A DNA stretch of 60,678 nt, the filler included, from Sphacelaria rigidula (lineage: Eukaryota): assembly GCA_964200075.2 (NCBI GenBank). It is 7 parts of 7 records of this genome, joined end to end, with 100 filler letters (N's around TTAATTAATTAA, not from the genome) between each part and the next. Parts side by side here need not be neighbours in the genome. Positions count along the whole stretch, not along the records: positions 1 to 8,583 come from CAXNAA020010700.1; positions 8,684 to 17,266 come from CAXNAA020010701.1; 5 more parts are not named here. One strand, written 5' to 3'. Below the pieces are notes generated by a model that worked only from the letters and a program-made list of their open reading frames with translations, did not search any database and had not been told where the DNA came from. Positions within the stretch are counted from its first letter, which is position 1. Each line of letters opens with the position of its first letter. A program made the translations under genes and the position numbers. Positions 1 to 11,079 of this stretch are shown piece by piece.

Positions 1-117
1 CCCCCCTTTATTTTAAAAGAGGGAGGATGAAATTTTTACCACATATAAAAATAAAAATCTCCAAAAAAGCTAGATACCCCCCCCCCCCCCCCTCCCTCCC
101 AAAAAAATCGCCCCCCA

Positions 118-620
118 TGGGGTCGACGTCGGTTGGCAACGACGCACACACTGCGTAAGGTAGGCAACAAATTTACCGTTATTTTTGCGCTTGCATTTCT
201 TTGCGGTAACCATGATGATGATCGAGCTACATCATGTTGTGTGGGGTGGGAAAACCTCAAGTCCGCGCAAAGGGGATGGTCGTATGACGTCTTGTTTGAA
301 TGGTGAGACATCCATGAGGCAGTGTGTAGGCCATAGCTGTCTCTGGAAGTGGCGAAACCAGAAAATGAAGCAAATAATTGTAGGCTGTCATCCATCTGCA
401 AGATAATCACTGGGCTTCGGGCCGAACAATCTTAGCAGGATGCAGCGCATCCTTGATGCGACCCGCCGAATAAACCACGGCGCTTTGCGCTTGACGAGTG
501 ATTGCGAGCCTGATCCGGCGAAAACCCGGCGTGCTCCGTCTCGACTTTGTAGGGATCCAAGGTCAATGGTCACATGACTACGGCATGCAGAATCATGAGT
601 ATACCCCCCCCCCCCCCCCC
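118..620 (+). mobile_element. SINE-like interspersed repeat family A (~500 bp) with LINE-type 3' tail
   Basis: Homologous to 5185-5712, 7875-8378 and 8444-8583. Ends ...ggtcaatggtcacatgactacggcatgcagaatcatgagta followed by a C-run. No coding capacity. Confidence 0.8.
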
Positions 621-1464
621 AAAAAAAAAACAGAAAGTTGGAGCGATTTGAAATTTCTGAAAAAAAAGTCATAACTCGATGACAAAATAGCATATACGCT
701 GAAACCTCCCATGAGGTCAACTGGCGTGCAGAACGTCCTTATAAATTTTCGGCTCACAACCCCTGAAATTGTGTAGGACATTCCACTTTAGCGTATGACA
801 CCTCTGCGCCCCGTTGTCTAACTGGTACCAAATACTTTCAACGGGGCAGACGCTCATGATTTCGAATCACAACATATAGTATTTCATAAAACCTGGTTCC
901 GTCATTGAGGTCATTTTTTATTGTAGTACATTTTGTTCTAGCGGCACAGCGTGCATCAGCGGATTGATCTGCAGTTTACAGCGTTACACTTACATCGGGG
1001 GTTTTCGGGAAACTGAAGGAGTTATCGTGTGCTGAAGGGATGCGGATTTCTTAGCTGGCCCAGCTCATGGCCTCCCCGATTTTCAGTGGTTCTGTCTATC
1101 TTGGTGCCATTGGTTGACGTGCGCAACCCTTTCCGTAAGCAACCATAGAAGCAAGGCGTTGGAAGATGGCTGTACTGTAAGGTATCAAGGGCAACCAACT
1201 CGGATAATGACGAGTGTTCCGGGGCAGCGAGAGTATCGGTACGAGTATTTCCAGGATGTTCCCTGAGAAATGATAACTACTGAAAACCACAACAAGAAAA
1301 GCCAAACCGATCGTTCAACTACTATATTGCCATAGCTATCAGAATCAGAACATGTTGTTATTTTACCACGTGTCCCTCATGTTCCACCACATGAAGAATA
1401 CCCGCAACCCTTTGCTCCGCATGACGTGAGTGATGCTTGCCTGTGACGTCACTGATGCAGTGAA

Positions 1465-1668
1465 TTCATGGGGTGTGTTGGGTAGGGTACTTTGTACTTC
1501 TGGGTATTTTGAAAAATCGAACGCTGAGTACCCAAAACCTCGGTAGAGTATTGGGATCTTACCTCACGTTACCCAATATTGGGGTAAAGTTTGGACATCG
1601 GACCATCGCAACACCAAATTCGGAAAAGTAAATACCCGGGTATTTTTCCTACCCAACATACCCTTGAA
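1465..1668. mobile_element. MITE (~200 bp) with ~22-bp TIRs
   Basis: ttcatggggtgtgttgggtagg ... cctacccaacatacccttgaa form an imperfect inverted repeat around a non-coding interior. Confidence 0.65.
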
Positions 1669-4474
1669 TATATTCAATTCTATCTTCTATCTTCCCTTTT
1701 TTCCGTCGTGGAGGTAACCCTCTAACCGCCAGGCTCGTGCCGAATCAGTATCACTGGCTGATAGTGTAGGGGTTTTCCATGGGGGGCACGGGGGGGAAGG
1801 TGGGCTTATTTTTTTATGGGTGGGGGGAGCAGGGGGTTCCCAAATGGTCGGTAGGAACCTTTCCAATGCAGCCATGCGTGTTCCCAGGAAAGTAGTAGAT
1901 CAAGCAGAAGGCCTGAAGGGAGCGGAGATTTTTTCGGTGGTACTAATTGGTCGAATAAACCGTCATTTTCCCCGAGGTGTTACCTAGTATCGGCCCTTGG
2001 CGGTAGAGCAAATTGGACCATATTTTGCAGCAACCGCTCAGCTCATGAAGCACGTAAAGGTAGGAGGAGTACTTGCTGCTTGTTTTCGCGTAGTGTTTGT
2101 AACCTGCCTGGCCCCTCTCGTGCTGACGATAAGATGGCTCGCGCGCTTTTGTCGCAGGACACTATGAAGAAGCAGAGCTAGAAACAGCGTAGACCGTGTC
2201 CGGTGGAGAGCGATGACATGGTCGTTGTCTTGCACAATTATTCATGTAGCGGCTGATGAAAAGAGCCTTTACGTGCTGTACTGTCCACCACCACTGCGGT
2301 GAGGTAGGCAGTTGAGACGACGTGATGTGCAGTGCAACAACACACCGAATTCTCGCGGTACGTCAGCACTGCCCCGTAACGGTCCTGATTTCGAAAGCTC
2401 AGGCGAGTGATCCCGCGATAGCTCCCCTTCCCCCCCCCCCCCCCCCAGAAAAATGGATGGTTTTGAGGAGGTAAAATCTACATGCGATTCGAAATGACAA
2501 GAGCCGAGGACACCGAGTAGCTGGGAAACTCCCACGTTCTCGCCAACGTCGCCTGCTTGAGGTGTCTCATGCAGTGTGAAACCTGAAACCAACTATCCTG
2601 CGCCATGTGGCCATTTTCTTCGTGACAGTGTTTGGGGCTGTTTCTTTTCCTGGGAGGGGGGCTATCGCGGCGTCACTTAGGCATACGGTATGTTGTTCAC
2701 GTATTTCGTACTAGTACAGAGTGGTTATGGTCAGCGTGCACCAAACTTAACAAATCAGGAAATGCACATGTATCCGAACGACAACGGCTCAGCGAAGTCG
2801 TGCGTATGTTCACTTGAATTTTGCCAGAACCGATCAGGTGTTCCCTCCGTAATTTGTACACGAGAATACGCCACATCCACTGATGTAATTGGACGTGCCA
2901 TCACTTGAAAGGACCCTATTTCCGAGCTCAAATTGTTTTATGGGCAACCGTCGGCAATCTGGGGGGAGGTCGCGGTCGAAGGGTCGGAAATCGCAAGGGA
3001 TTTATGAACCCTTCTCTTTCCCGGTACCCGCCTTGCAAGCTACTATCGGCCATTGCATAATGACTATCAGCAATCCCGCAGCCCGTCCGCTACCGTCGAT
3101 TTAATTTCCGTGGCAGCTCACGTCCTCACCCTTTCCGCGACGGAAACTGGCGAAATAAACTCGTTTCATTAATATTGGGTTTCAAACGCACTACCGCACC
3201 CTGTCCGAAATGACCATCGGGTTGCAGCGCCCTGATGTAAATGTGTGTGCGTATATATTTATATATATGAAACTTGATTGATGTCGTTACTCTGACATTA
3301 TCTATAGTGTGGACACCCCAAAATACTCATGAGCGTATCCGCACGCTACCTTGGCCACCGGCTTTGCAGATCGGCGTGCGAACGTTTTATCGTGACAGGT
3401 GTGTCGTGGAGCGGTGTTACCACACCACACAAGGTGGAGCGTGATGTTCTTTCTTGATATTCAGGCAGGGGTTGACCGTGGCCGGGTGTTGAGCTGTTGG
3501 GTTGACCAGCACCGAGTACAGAGTAGGTTGCGACTTCCATGGGTTGACGGTAGCTCTTGTTAGGTTGAACTGTTCTGCCGACGAGATCTTTTTCTTAGGG
3601 TCCGAGACTCGACTGTACAGATTTGAGAGTTTCGGGCCTCTCGAGCAGTCCACGGTTTGACCTGCTTTTGTAACGGACTTGTCCAGGTTACATGTCATGG
3701 AAGCAATCACTCTGCACAGAGACTTTGATGGCCTCTGCAATGTAGTTTATTCCGAGTACGTGATTTTTTATATTTTCGGAGACCTGCTGTACTATACTCC
3801 AGTTACGTAATATACACCCCCAGTGCGGAGAGACGAGGCGATCTCAACTCTTTATCTTGAACGTAGCAAGACCTTGTGTTTTTTTTTGTTCAAGGACCGG
3901 GTGTACTCTGTCTTTTGAGCTCGCCGGCCTGTCTGTCTGTCCATCACGCTCCGACCCCGAAATGGAGCACGGCACATGCGAGTGCTGCTGTTACAGACAA
4001 CAGGTTTCATCTAGAAGCTCCCCCAGCCGCTACTCGCACGATGCCTGTGCCTGCACTTATGAGTGAGGTCTTCGTTGGGCACCCATACACACTCACTCTC
4101 TGCATTTCTCACTGTACCACCTTCATGTTTTTTCGTTTTGGTTTGTTTTTCACCACGACTCGCACCAGGCAGGCCTCTCTTCTCCGCTTTTATTTTATTT
4201 TATTTTGTATTATGTTTTTTGGGTCTCACATTCGTTTTGTGTCGATTTTTTTTAATATGATGAACGCATGTCTTCTACAATGTGAATTGATTTTTACGAC
4301 TCCACATACATGAACACACATATATACATATATATATACTTCGTATGTAAGGAGGAGAAGCCTAAGGCACAACGAGAGCAAACATCGGAGACAAGATTGA
4401 AACAACAGTAGACAGATTGCATTGATTTTTATTAAAAGGTCACCTTTACTAGAGTCCCCGCCCCCTCTTTCCCC

Positions 4475-4515
4475 TCAATGGTCTCATGACTATGGCATGC
4501 ATGATCATGAGTACA
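4475..4515 (+). mobile_element. 5'-truncated family A tail insertion with 12-bp TSD
   Basis: tcaatggtctcatgactatggcatgcatgatcatgagtaca is flanked by ccctctttcccc at 4463-4474 and 4516-4527. Confidence 0.8.
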
Positions 4516-4626
4516 CCCTCTTTCCCCATCATGTTCGATTTCCGAAAACAGACACACGCGTACGCGAAACAGCCCCAGCGGGCAACGGGACGGGGTGTGG
4601 GACATCTTCGACAGCAAACACACATT

Positions 4627-4771
4627 ATGTCGGGTCTTGTGGGATCCGAGGCTACCTCGCCGATGGCCAACCAAGTGCCCGCAGGGGGGGTGGGCACCGT
4701 AGCGGGCGGAGGAGGCAAAACCATGGCCAACATTCTCTGCTGCTTGTGCGGGAGATCGATCCAGCCTAACG
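4627..4771 (+). CDS. NMD3: 60S ribosomal export protein NMD3, exon 1
   Basis: MSGLVGSEATSPMANQVPAGGVGTVAGGGGKTMANILCCLCGRSIQPN(G), containing the NMD3 N-terminal CCxCG..I.PN zinc motif. Donor G|GTGAGG, phase 1. Start could be any of three in-frame ATGs. Confidence 0.9.
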
Positions 4772-5005
4772 GTGAGGACACCACCTCACAATCTATACGG
4801 TAGTGTTGCTATATAATACTACTGTTAGTATTCATACTAGTATCAGTGTTACGTTATGTGAAGGCTTGGTGAACTTGACCGTTGTAGTTTAGCTATGTAT
4901 GTGAAGTTACTCTTTCAAGGACATGCCTGACAACTATGACATATTCAAAAAAAATTATAACGATTCTTGTAAACTGCGTCGTGCTTTGCCGTGCCGTGTG
5001 TTCAG

Positions 5006-5088
5006 GGGCGAACATGTGCGGAGCTTGCTTGCGCGACCAGGTGGACGTCACGGAGGACATTCCGAAAAAAGGTCTCGTCATGATTCAG
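5006..5088 (+). CDS. NMD3: NMD3 exon 2
   Basis: TTCAG| (G)ANMCGACLRDQVDVTEDIPKKGLVMIQ |GTGCCG. Matches the NMD3 pattern ANMC..CLR..VDITE.IPK. Phase 1 to 0. Confidence 0.93.
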
Positions 5089-5184
5089 GTGCCGCACACA
5101 AGACGTTGCATTTGGCGTCGTACCCGAGAACATCACGTGTGCCACCCGTACGTTCGATATCACCCCTCATCTCATGAATACACT

Positions 5185-5712
5185 ATGGGATTGGCGTTGC
5201 TTGGCAATGGCACTGTAAACACACCACTCAGTGCGTTAGCTAGGCAACCAGGTTACCGAGTTTTTTTCTGCGCGTGCGTTTTTTTTTGCAGCAGCCATGA
5301 TGGTGGTCGAGCTAGATCATACGGTGCGGGGTGGGAGAACCTCGATTCCGCGCGAAGGGGATGATCATACTACGTAGGGTTTGAATGACGAGACACCCGT
5401 GTGGCAGTGTGTAACCCGTGGCTGTCTCTGGAAGTAGTAACACCAGAAAATGAAGCAACTCATTGTAGGTTGTCATCCAAATGCAAGGTAATCCGCAGGC
5501 TTCGGGCCGAATAATCTTAGCAGAATGCGGCTCACCCTTGATGCGACTCGCCGAACACATCACGGCGCTTCGCGCTTAGTGATTGATTGCGAGCATGGTC
5601 CGGCGAGAACCCGGCGTGGTCCATCTCGGCTTTGTAGGGACTGGAGTCAATGGTCTGATGACTACAACATGCAAGATCGTGACTACATGCCCCCCTCCCC
5701 CCGTCCCCCCCC
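5185..5712 (+). mobile_element. SINE-like family A copy in NMD3 intron 2 (extra tail copy at ~5720-5800)
   Basis: Homologous to 118-620 and 7875-8378, with a C-rich 3' end. Confidence 0.8.
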
Positions 5713-6326
5713 TTTTGCAGGCATGCGCGGTCAATCGTTAGATGACTATTACATGAAAGATCATGAGTACACCCTCGTCCTATACCCACCCCTCCCGCCC
5801 TCCGTCAATTTATTTTCAGCATAATGTCGGCACTGTGGTGGCACTTGCAGGATTGTTTAGGAGTACGTGGTACGTGACCCCCCACCCCCTCCCCCACAAT
5901 TATGTGTACATCACTCCTAGGTCATGCGTTTTCGGAACCCAAGCAGTTTTCACCCGGAGGGTGTCATATACGGTGCTGCAAGAGGTCATAGTCGTGATCC
6001 ACGCATACACCACACAGCGTGATTATTTTGTCTGCATCTAGAACTGTGCGCCGTTCCCAGCATCGACGTGTTCTCGGAAGCGGCGACGCGTCCAATCAAA
6101 ATAATTGTGCAAAATGCCTGGCCACTAAAACACCCCGTGTGGATTGTTTGGCTCACCCCCCCTGAGGTTTGGTCATCGCGCTATGTGTGTGATGCCGTGG
6201 TTGTATATCATCTTGCCATTTTTTTTGCTGTGCTTTCTACTCTTCGGCGGTAACATACAGTTCGATTTTTCTGTCCTTGATGAATACACCTTCCTATCCA
6301 CTGTTTGTTGTTTGCGCTTTCGGCAG

Positions 6327-6471
6327 TGTCGACGGTGCCTGAAGTGGCTCACGAAAAACGATCACTGGTCCTCTTTCGAGCTGGAATCGGCACCGTTCCT
6401 AGCCCTGGTCCTGAAGAAGATTCCGGGTCTCGCAAAACAGGATCTCGTCGACGCCAAGTGGATATGGACAG
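6327..6471 (+). CDS. NMD3: NMD3 exon 3
   Basis: GGCAG| CRRCLKWLTKNDHWSSFELESAPFLALVLKKIPGLAKQDLVDAKWIWT(E) |GTTGGT. Contains the NMD3 CxxC, LES, LKK and LVDA..IWT motifs. Phase 0 to 1. Confidence 0.95.
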
Positions 6472-7299
6472 GTTGGTCATTTTCCAGTATCATCGCATCT
6501 CCCGAAGCAACCATATTTTGTAAGAGCCCGTCCTTGTCGAAACAAGGAATTAAAAATGCAAGTGTGAGAAGGAGAGTAGCTTATTTTGACTTTTCATTTT
6601 TTTTTCATTATCCTTGACCCTTGTACAGCGAGGGTAGTCCATCTGCGTATTGCATACTATTTGGGTTCATGTTAAATAGATGCCGATTCAACAGATGACC
6701 TACTCTCGCCGTCTAAGGGTTAATGGTTGAGGGCTAATGTTCCGTTCTCATCGCCCTTGGAACCATCCTCATGGATAATTCATCACTTTTTTAGTTGATT
6801 TTTTCGAGGAACGGAGAAATATTTCGATGAGAATGCGTGGAGGGGGACGTGAAATGGTTGCCACACGGAGACTGTTTGGTTGATAATGACACATAGGACC
6901 TCACCCCCACGCACAGCTTTGTCTAATGCACAGGCGAAAAAAAAAAACACAGCTATGTCTCGTAGCACTTCGCCGAGTGAGCAAGCATGGACCCATCGCC
7001 GGGGAGTACGGGTAGGCATCCCCAGAAGGGCGGCAATTACGCGCAAGCTGCATGGGCGTTGTCGCACGGTCGAGACGCGAAACATCTCTCGCAACAGGAA
7101 GAGGAGCAGCAGGAGCAGCAGGAGCAGCAGCAGTACTAGCTGTATACGGTGGTGACGGTCCACATTTCGACCGTGCGACAAAAGAAACGTTCTCGTGTCG
7201 AAAGACTTTGTATACATCGTCCAATACATGAACAGTATTACATTTCATTCTCCCGCACTCTCCCCCCTCGCCCCTTCACCCGTTTCCCCGTACTTGCAG

Positions 7300-7388
7300 A
7301 GCCGCACAGCAAGAGGTTAAAGGTCAAGGTCACCGTGCGCAAGGAGGTTTTGAACAAGGTCATGCTCCAGCAGGACGCCACGGTCGAG
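7300..7388 (+). CDS. NMD3: NMD3 exon 4 (rest of gene not in this contig)
   Basis: TGCAG| (E)PHSKRLKVKVTVRKEVLNKVMLQQDATVE |GTACGT. The hallmark WTEPHSKR is assembled across the exon 3/4 junction. Confidence 0.95.
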
Positions 7389-7874
7389 GTACGTCTTTTT
7401 TTTCTTCTAGGCTCCCAAAATTGCGCAAGTCGTCCGGTCCGGTCCGGTCCGCCTCCTGTTACATTACACATTCGAACTTATGTATTATCGCGTACGTGCC
7501 GATTACAAGCCAAAAAGTAAACCGATCTGTGCCCTATTCAATGTGAACACTACCGTAGAATCAGTTGGTTTGATCCACTATAGACGGAGTATTTTTTCTT
7601 CATTCGATGACAACCTGAAATGATTGTATCAGTTGTCTGTCGTGTCCTGAAATATTTATCCAAGAGTGGTGTCGTTCATTTTAATACCCCCCCCTCCCCC
7701 TTTTTTTTTCTGCACGCTGTCAATCCCGCTCCTTCCGCGGGACGAGTCCGTTGTCCCAAGGGATGAACCTATTCCCCCCTCCCCCCCTCTCCCCTCCCAC
7801 CTTCCCACCTTGGTACAACCTCGTCCGGCGAGAACCCGGCGTGCTCCGTCCCGGCCTTGTAGGAGCGGACCCTC

Positions 7875-8583
7875 TTATGGGGTTGGCGTCGGTTGGCGAT
7901 GACACTGTATAACACCCCACTCACTGCGTAAGCTGGGTACCGACTTTATTTTGCGCGCTAGCGTGTTTTTGCAGTAACCATGATAGTAGTCGAGCCAGAT
8001 AGTGGTGTGCGGCGTGGGAGAACCTCAACTCCGCACAATGGGGGTGATTGTACTAGGTAGTGTTTACATGGTGAGACTCCCATGAGGCAGTGTGTAGGAC
8101 GTGGCTGTCTCTGGAAGTGGCGATACCAGATTTTGAAGTAACTCATGGGAGGCGCATCCAAATGCAGGATAATCAGTAGGCCTTGGGCCGGACAATCCGA
8201 GCAGGATGTAGCTCACCCTTGATGCGACTCGCTGAACACACCACGGCGCTTTTCGCTTGGTGATTGAGTGCGAGTCTGGTCCGACGAAAACCGGCGTACT
8301 CCCTCCCGGCTTTGTAGGGATGCGAGGTCAATGGTCTTATGGCTATGGCATGCAAGATCATGGGTATTCCCCCCCCCCTATGACTCGGAAGGGATGCGTG
8401 GTCAATGGTCAAACGACTAAGGCAAGCAACACATGAGAACGCCCCTATGAGGCAGTGTATAAGCCGTGGCTGTCTCTGGAAGTGGCGATACCAGACACTG
8501 AAGCAACTCATCGTAGGCTGTCATCCAAATGCAAGATAATCAGTAGGCTTTGGGCCGAACAATCTTAGCAGGATGCAGCTCAC
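7875..8583 (+). mobile_element. Family A copy (7875-8378), LINE tail (~8385-8444) and partial family A copy to contig end
   Basis: Direct homology with the other family A copies. LINE tail reads gggatgcgtggtcaatggtcaaacgactaaggcaagcaacacatgagaac. Confidence 0.8.
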
Positions 8584-8683
8584 NNNNNNNNNNNNNNNNN
8601 NNNNNNNNNNNNNNNNNNNNNNNNNNNTTAATTAATTAANNNNNNNNNNNNNNNNNNNNNNNNNNNNNNNNNNNNNNNNNNNN
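8584..8683. other. Artificial contig linker (N44-TTAATTAATTAA-N44)
   Basis: 100-bp spacer with stops in all six frames. Identical copies at 17267-17366, 25950-26049, 34633-34732, 43315-43414 and 51997-52096. Confidence 0.98.
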
Positions 8684-8745
8684 CCGAGTGTCTAGGCGCG
8701 GGTCTCTGAGAATCACGTCCACCCTGCCTGTCTGTGCCTGGGCGT
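8684..8745 (-). mobile_element. LINE ORF2 fragment (post-RT region)
   Basis: AQAQTGRVDVILRDPRLDTR resembles the segment expected just after the YLGV..SW..HI..V..KG motif seen at 52097-52167. Cut by contig end. Confidence 0.55.
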
Positions 8746-9728
8746 TGTCATGTTTGAAAGGGAGCAGTAATGACTGGTGCCATGTGAGGTATAGAATAAG
8801 ATGTGCATCACGTATTAGTGGCTGCCCGTCGGACTGAAATTGTCCACCGGGTGGAGACCATATGTGGTATGCATGCAAAAACATGTTGGGCATGACATGA
8901 GGAATAATAAATGCTACCTTGCACCCGTTTTGGTTGTAGTTTTGGAGGTGTTAGGTAACAGAACTAGGCCATCATGTGGTCGACAAGAGACTTTATTGCA
9001 TGACATGACAAGACAAAAAAAGCTCCTTCTCAACCCATGTGGTTGGTGGTCAAGCTGTATGTTGACGCTGGAATCATGCGCGGTGTGTTGACATGCTAGC
9101 ACTGCATGCTGGAACAAGAGTGTCACGCGTAAATTGTTCTTGGTTGTTGGCCGGTTGTAATTGGATCCATCCCAAACTACACGAGCATGTTCACACACCA
9201 TGCATGAACAAAAGTGTAACTGAAATAATATAAATATATATATATATATATTAGTAGAGCATGGATTCATTCGCGTGAAATACCGATAACTGTTGAGATG
9301 CAACTCTTTGTGGAATAGTATTTTTGACTGTTTAAGTATAACGGTCGGTGGAGTGAGATTTCACTATTGATGAGACCTGAAAACTGAGATGCTTATGGAT
9401 ATTTCCCCATCCCCCTCTTCCGCGTCGAGCCTTACTTTCCGGTGAGGCTCGATATTTCAAATTGTTTCTCCGGCGATAGGTGTCAAGCTGAATGTTGGGT
9501 GAACGCGAACCGGCAACGAGCACAACCCCCGCTGCACGGATCTCTCTATGGACATTGGTGAAGAAAGGAACCAATGCTCCGCGATGCAGAAGCCCTCCTT
9601 CCCGTAGCCCGAAATTAAGGGGAATACCTGTAGAAAGAGATGCAGACTGTTTGAGAGCAAAAAAGAAGGGGGGGGGGGGGGGCTGTGATGCCATTTTGTG
9701 CTTTTGATTGCGCGTGTTAAAAAGCGTT

Positions 9729-11079
9729 GAGCAAATTTCCACAGGCACCGTAGGGAAGGTACCGTACCAAGCGTACCCCCGGTATTTACGGGGATATCCC
9801 ATACCGTGGTATGCGTGGGTATCGTAGGTATGAGTTTTGAAAATACCGGATCGGGCGGGTACGGTAGGTATTGAAATCTCGGAATACCCTGGTATCGTAG
9901 GTATGAGTTTTGAAAATACCGGATCGGGCGGGTACGGTAGGTATTGAAATCTCGAAATACCGTGGGTATGACAGTTGAAAATGCCGGATTGGACCGGTAT
10001 CGGTAGGGTATGAGATGTCCCAGATACCGGTACCGGGTACTTGCCTCACTCTCTATACCAAATTCAAAACTGTCATCTGGCAGTGCGAAGCGTTTCAGTG
10101 CAGTAGTACGTAGGAGTAGGGTTTGCCCCCTCTATGTGTAGTTGTATTTTTTCATTCAGAGCACCCGGCAATGGCGCAGTATTTACGGCATACAGATATG
10201 GAAGATTATTTCGTTGGTATTTTGGCACATTGTTGTGTATATTGTATGCCTCCTGCGACCCCTCGCTTTTTGTTTTCCCTCATTTTCCTTTTTTTCCTGC
10301 TTGTTAGCGTACACGTGGAATATTATTGCGTATAATGCTCATCTTCGACATGGAACAATGTATACTTTCTAATGATGATCTACTATTTATACCCACACAC
10401 CAGAAACATGAGAGGACATGGAAATAATTCATTCGAATTGATCCAAACACGCAATTTCGGGGGAATCTGGGTATTAATTACTAGTGAAAACAAGACGTCC
10501 CTGCTCCGACAGCTTCTGGCCTCAGCGTGAGTTGGCACCAGCCGCTGCATCGTGGGCAGTGTATCGCGTTCGGTAAATACCGAATGTACCCTAGGTATTT
10601 ACCGGGGTATCCCACACCGTGGTATGCGTAGGTATCGTAGGTATGAGTTTTGAAAATACCGGATCGGGCGGGTACGGTAGGTATTGAAACCTCGAAATAC
10701 CCTGGTATCGTAGGTATCGTAGCTATGACATTTGAAAATGCCGGATTGGGCGGGTACGGTAGTTATTGAAACCTCGAAATACCCTGGTATGCGTAGGTAT
10801 CGTAGGTATGAGTTTTGAAAATACCGGATTGGGCGGGTACGGTAGATATTGAAATATCGAAATACCGTGGTATCGTAGGTATCGTAGGTATGACAGTTGA
10901 AAATACCGAATTTGGCGGGTACGGTAGGTATTGAAATCTCAAAATGCCGTGGTATCGTAGGTATCGTAGGTGTAAGTTTCGAAAATTCCGGATTGGACCG
11001 GTATCGGTAGAGTATGAGATGTCCCAGATACCGGTACCGCGTACCTACCCTACCCACGGTTCCTGTGCAAATTTCGCTC
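9729..11079. repeat. Two direct blocks (9729-10046, ~10573-11079) of a ggtatcgtaggtat-rich tandem-array element, with outer inverted termini
   Basis: ~65-75-bp units (ggtatcgtaggtatgagttttgaaaataccggatcgggcgggtacggtaggtattgaaa). Outer ends gagcaaatttccacaggcaccgtagg and cctacccacggttcctgtgcaaatttcgctc are inverted. Confidence 0.8.

Noticed and set aside
1020-2240. Possible minus-strand exons (~1020-1263, 1859-1912, 2105-2230) of a gene divergent from NMD3
   Set aside because: Splice sites are plausible, but there is no recognisable protein and the frame is ambiguous.
9790-11030. CRISPR-like appearance of the regular repeats (also 30140-30255)
   Set aside because: Units are contiguous and degenerate with no unique spacers, there are no cas genes, and the context is eukaryotic.
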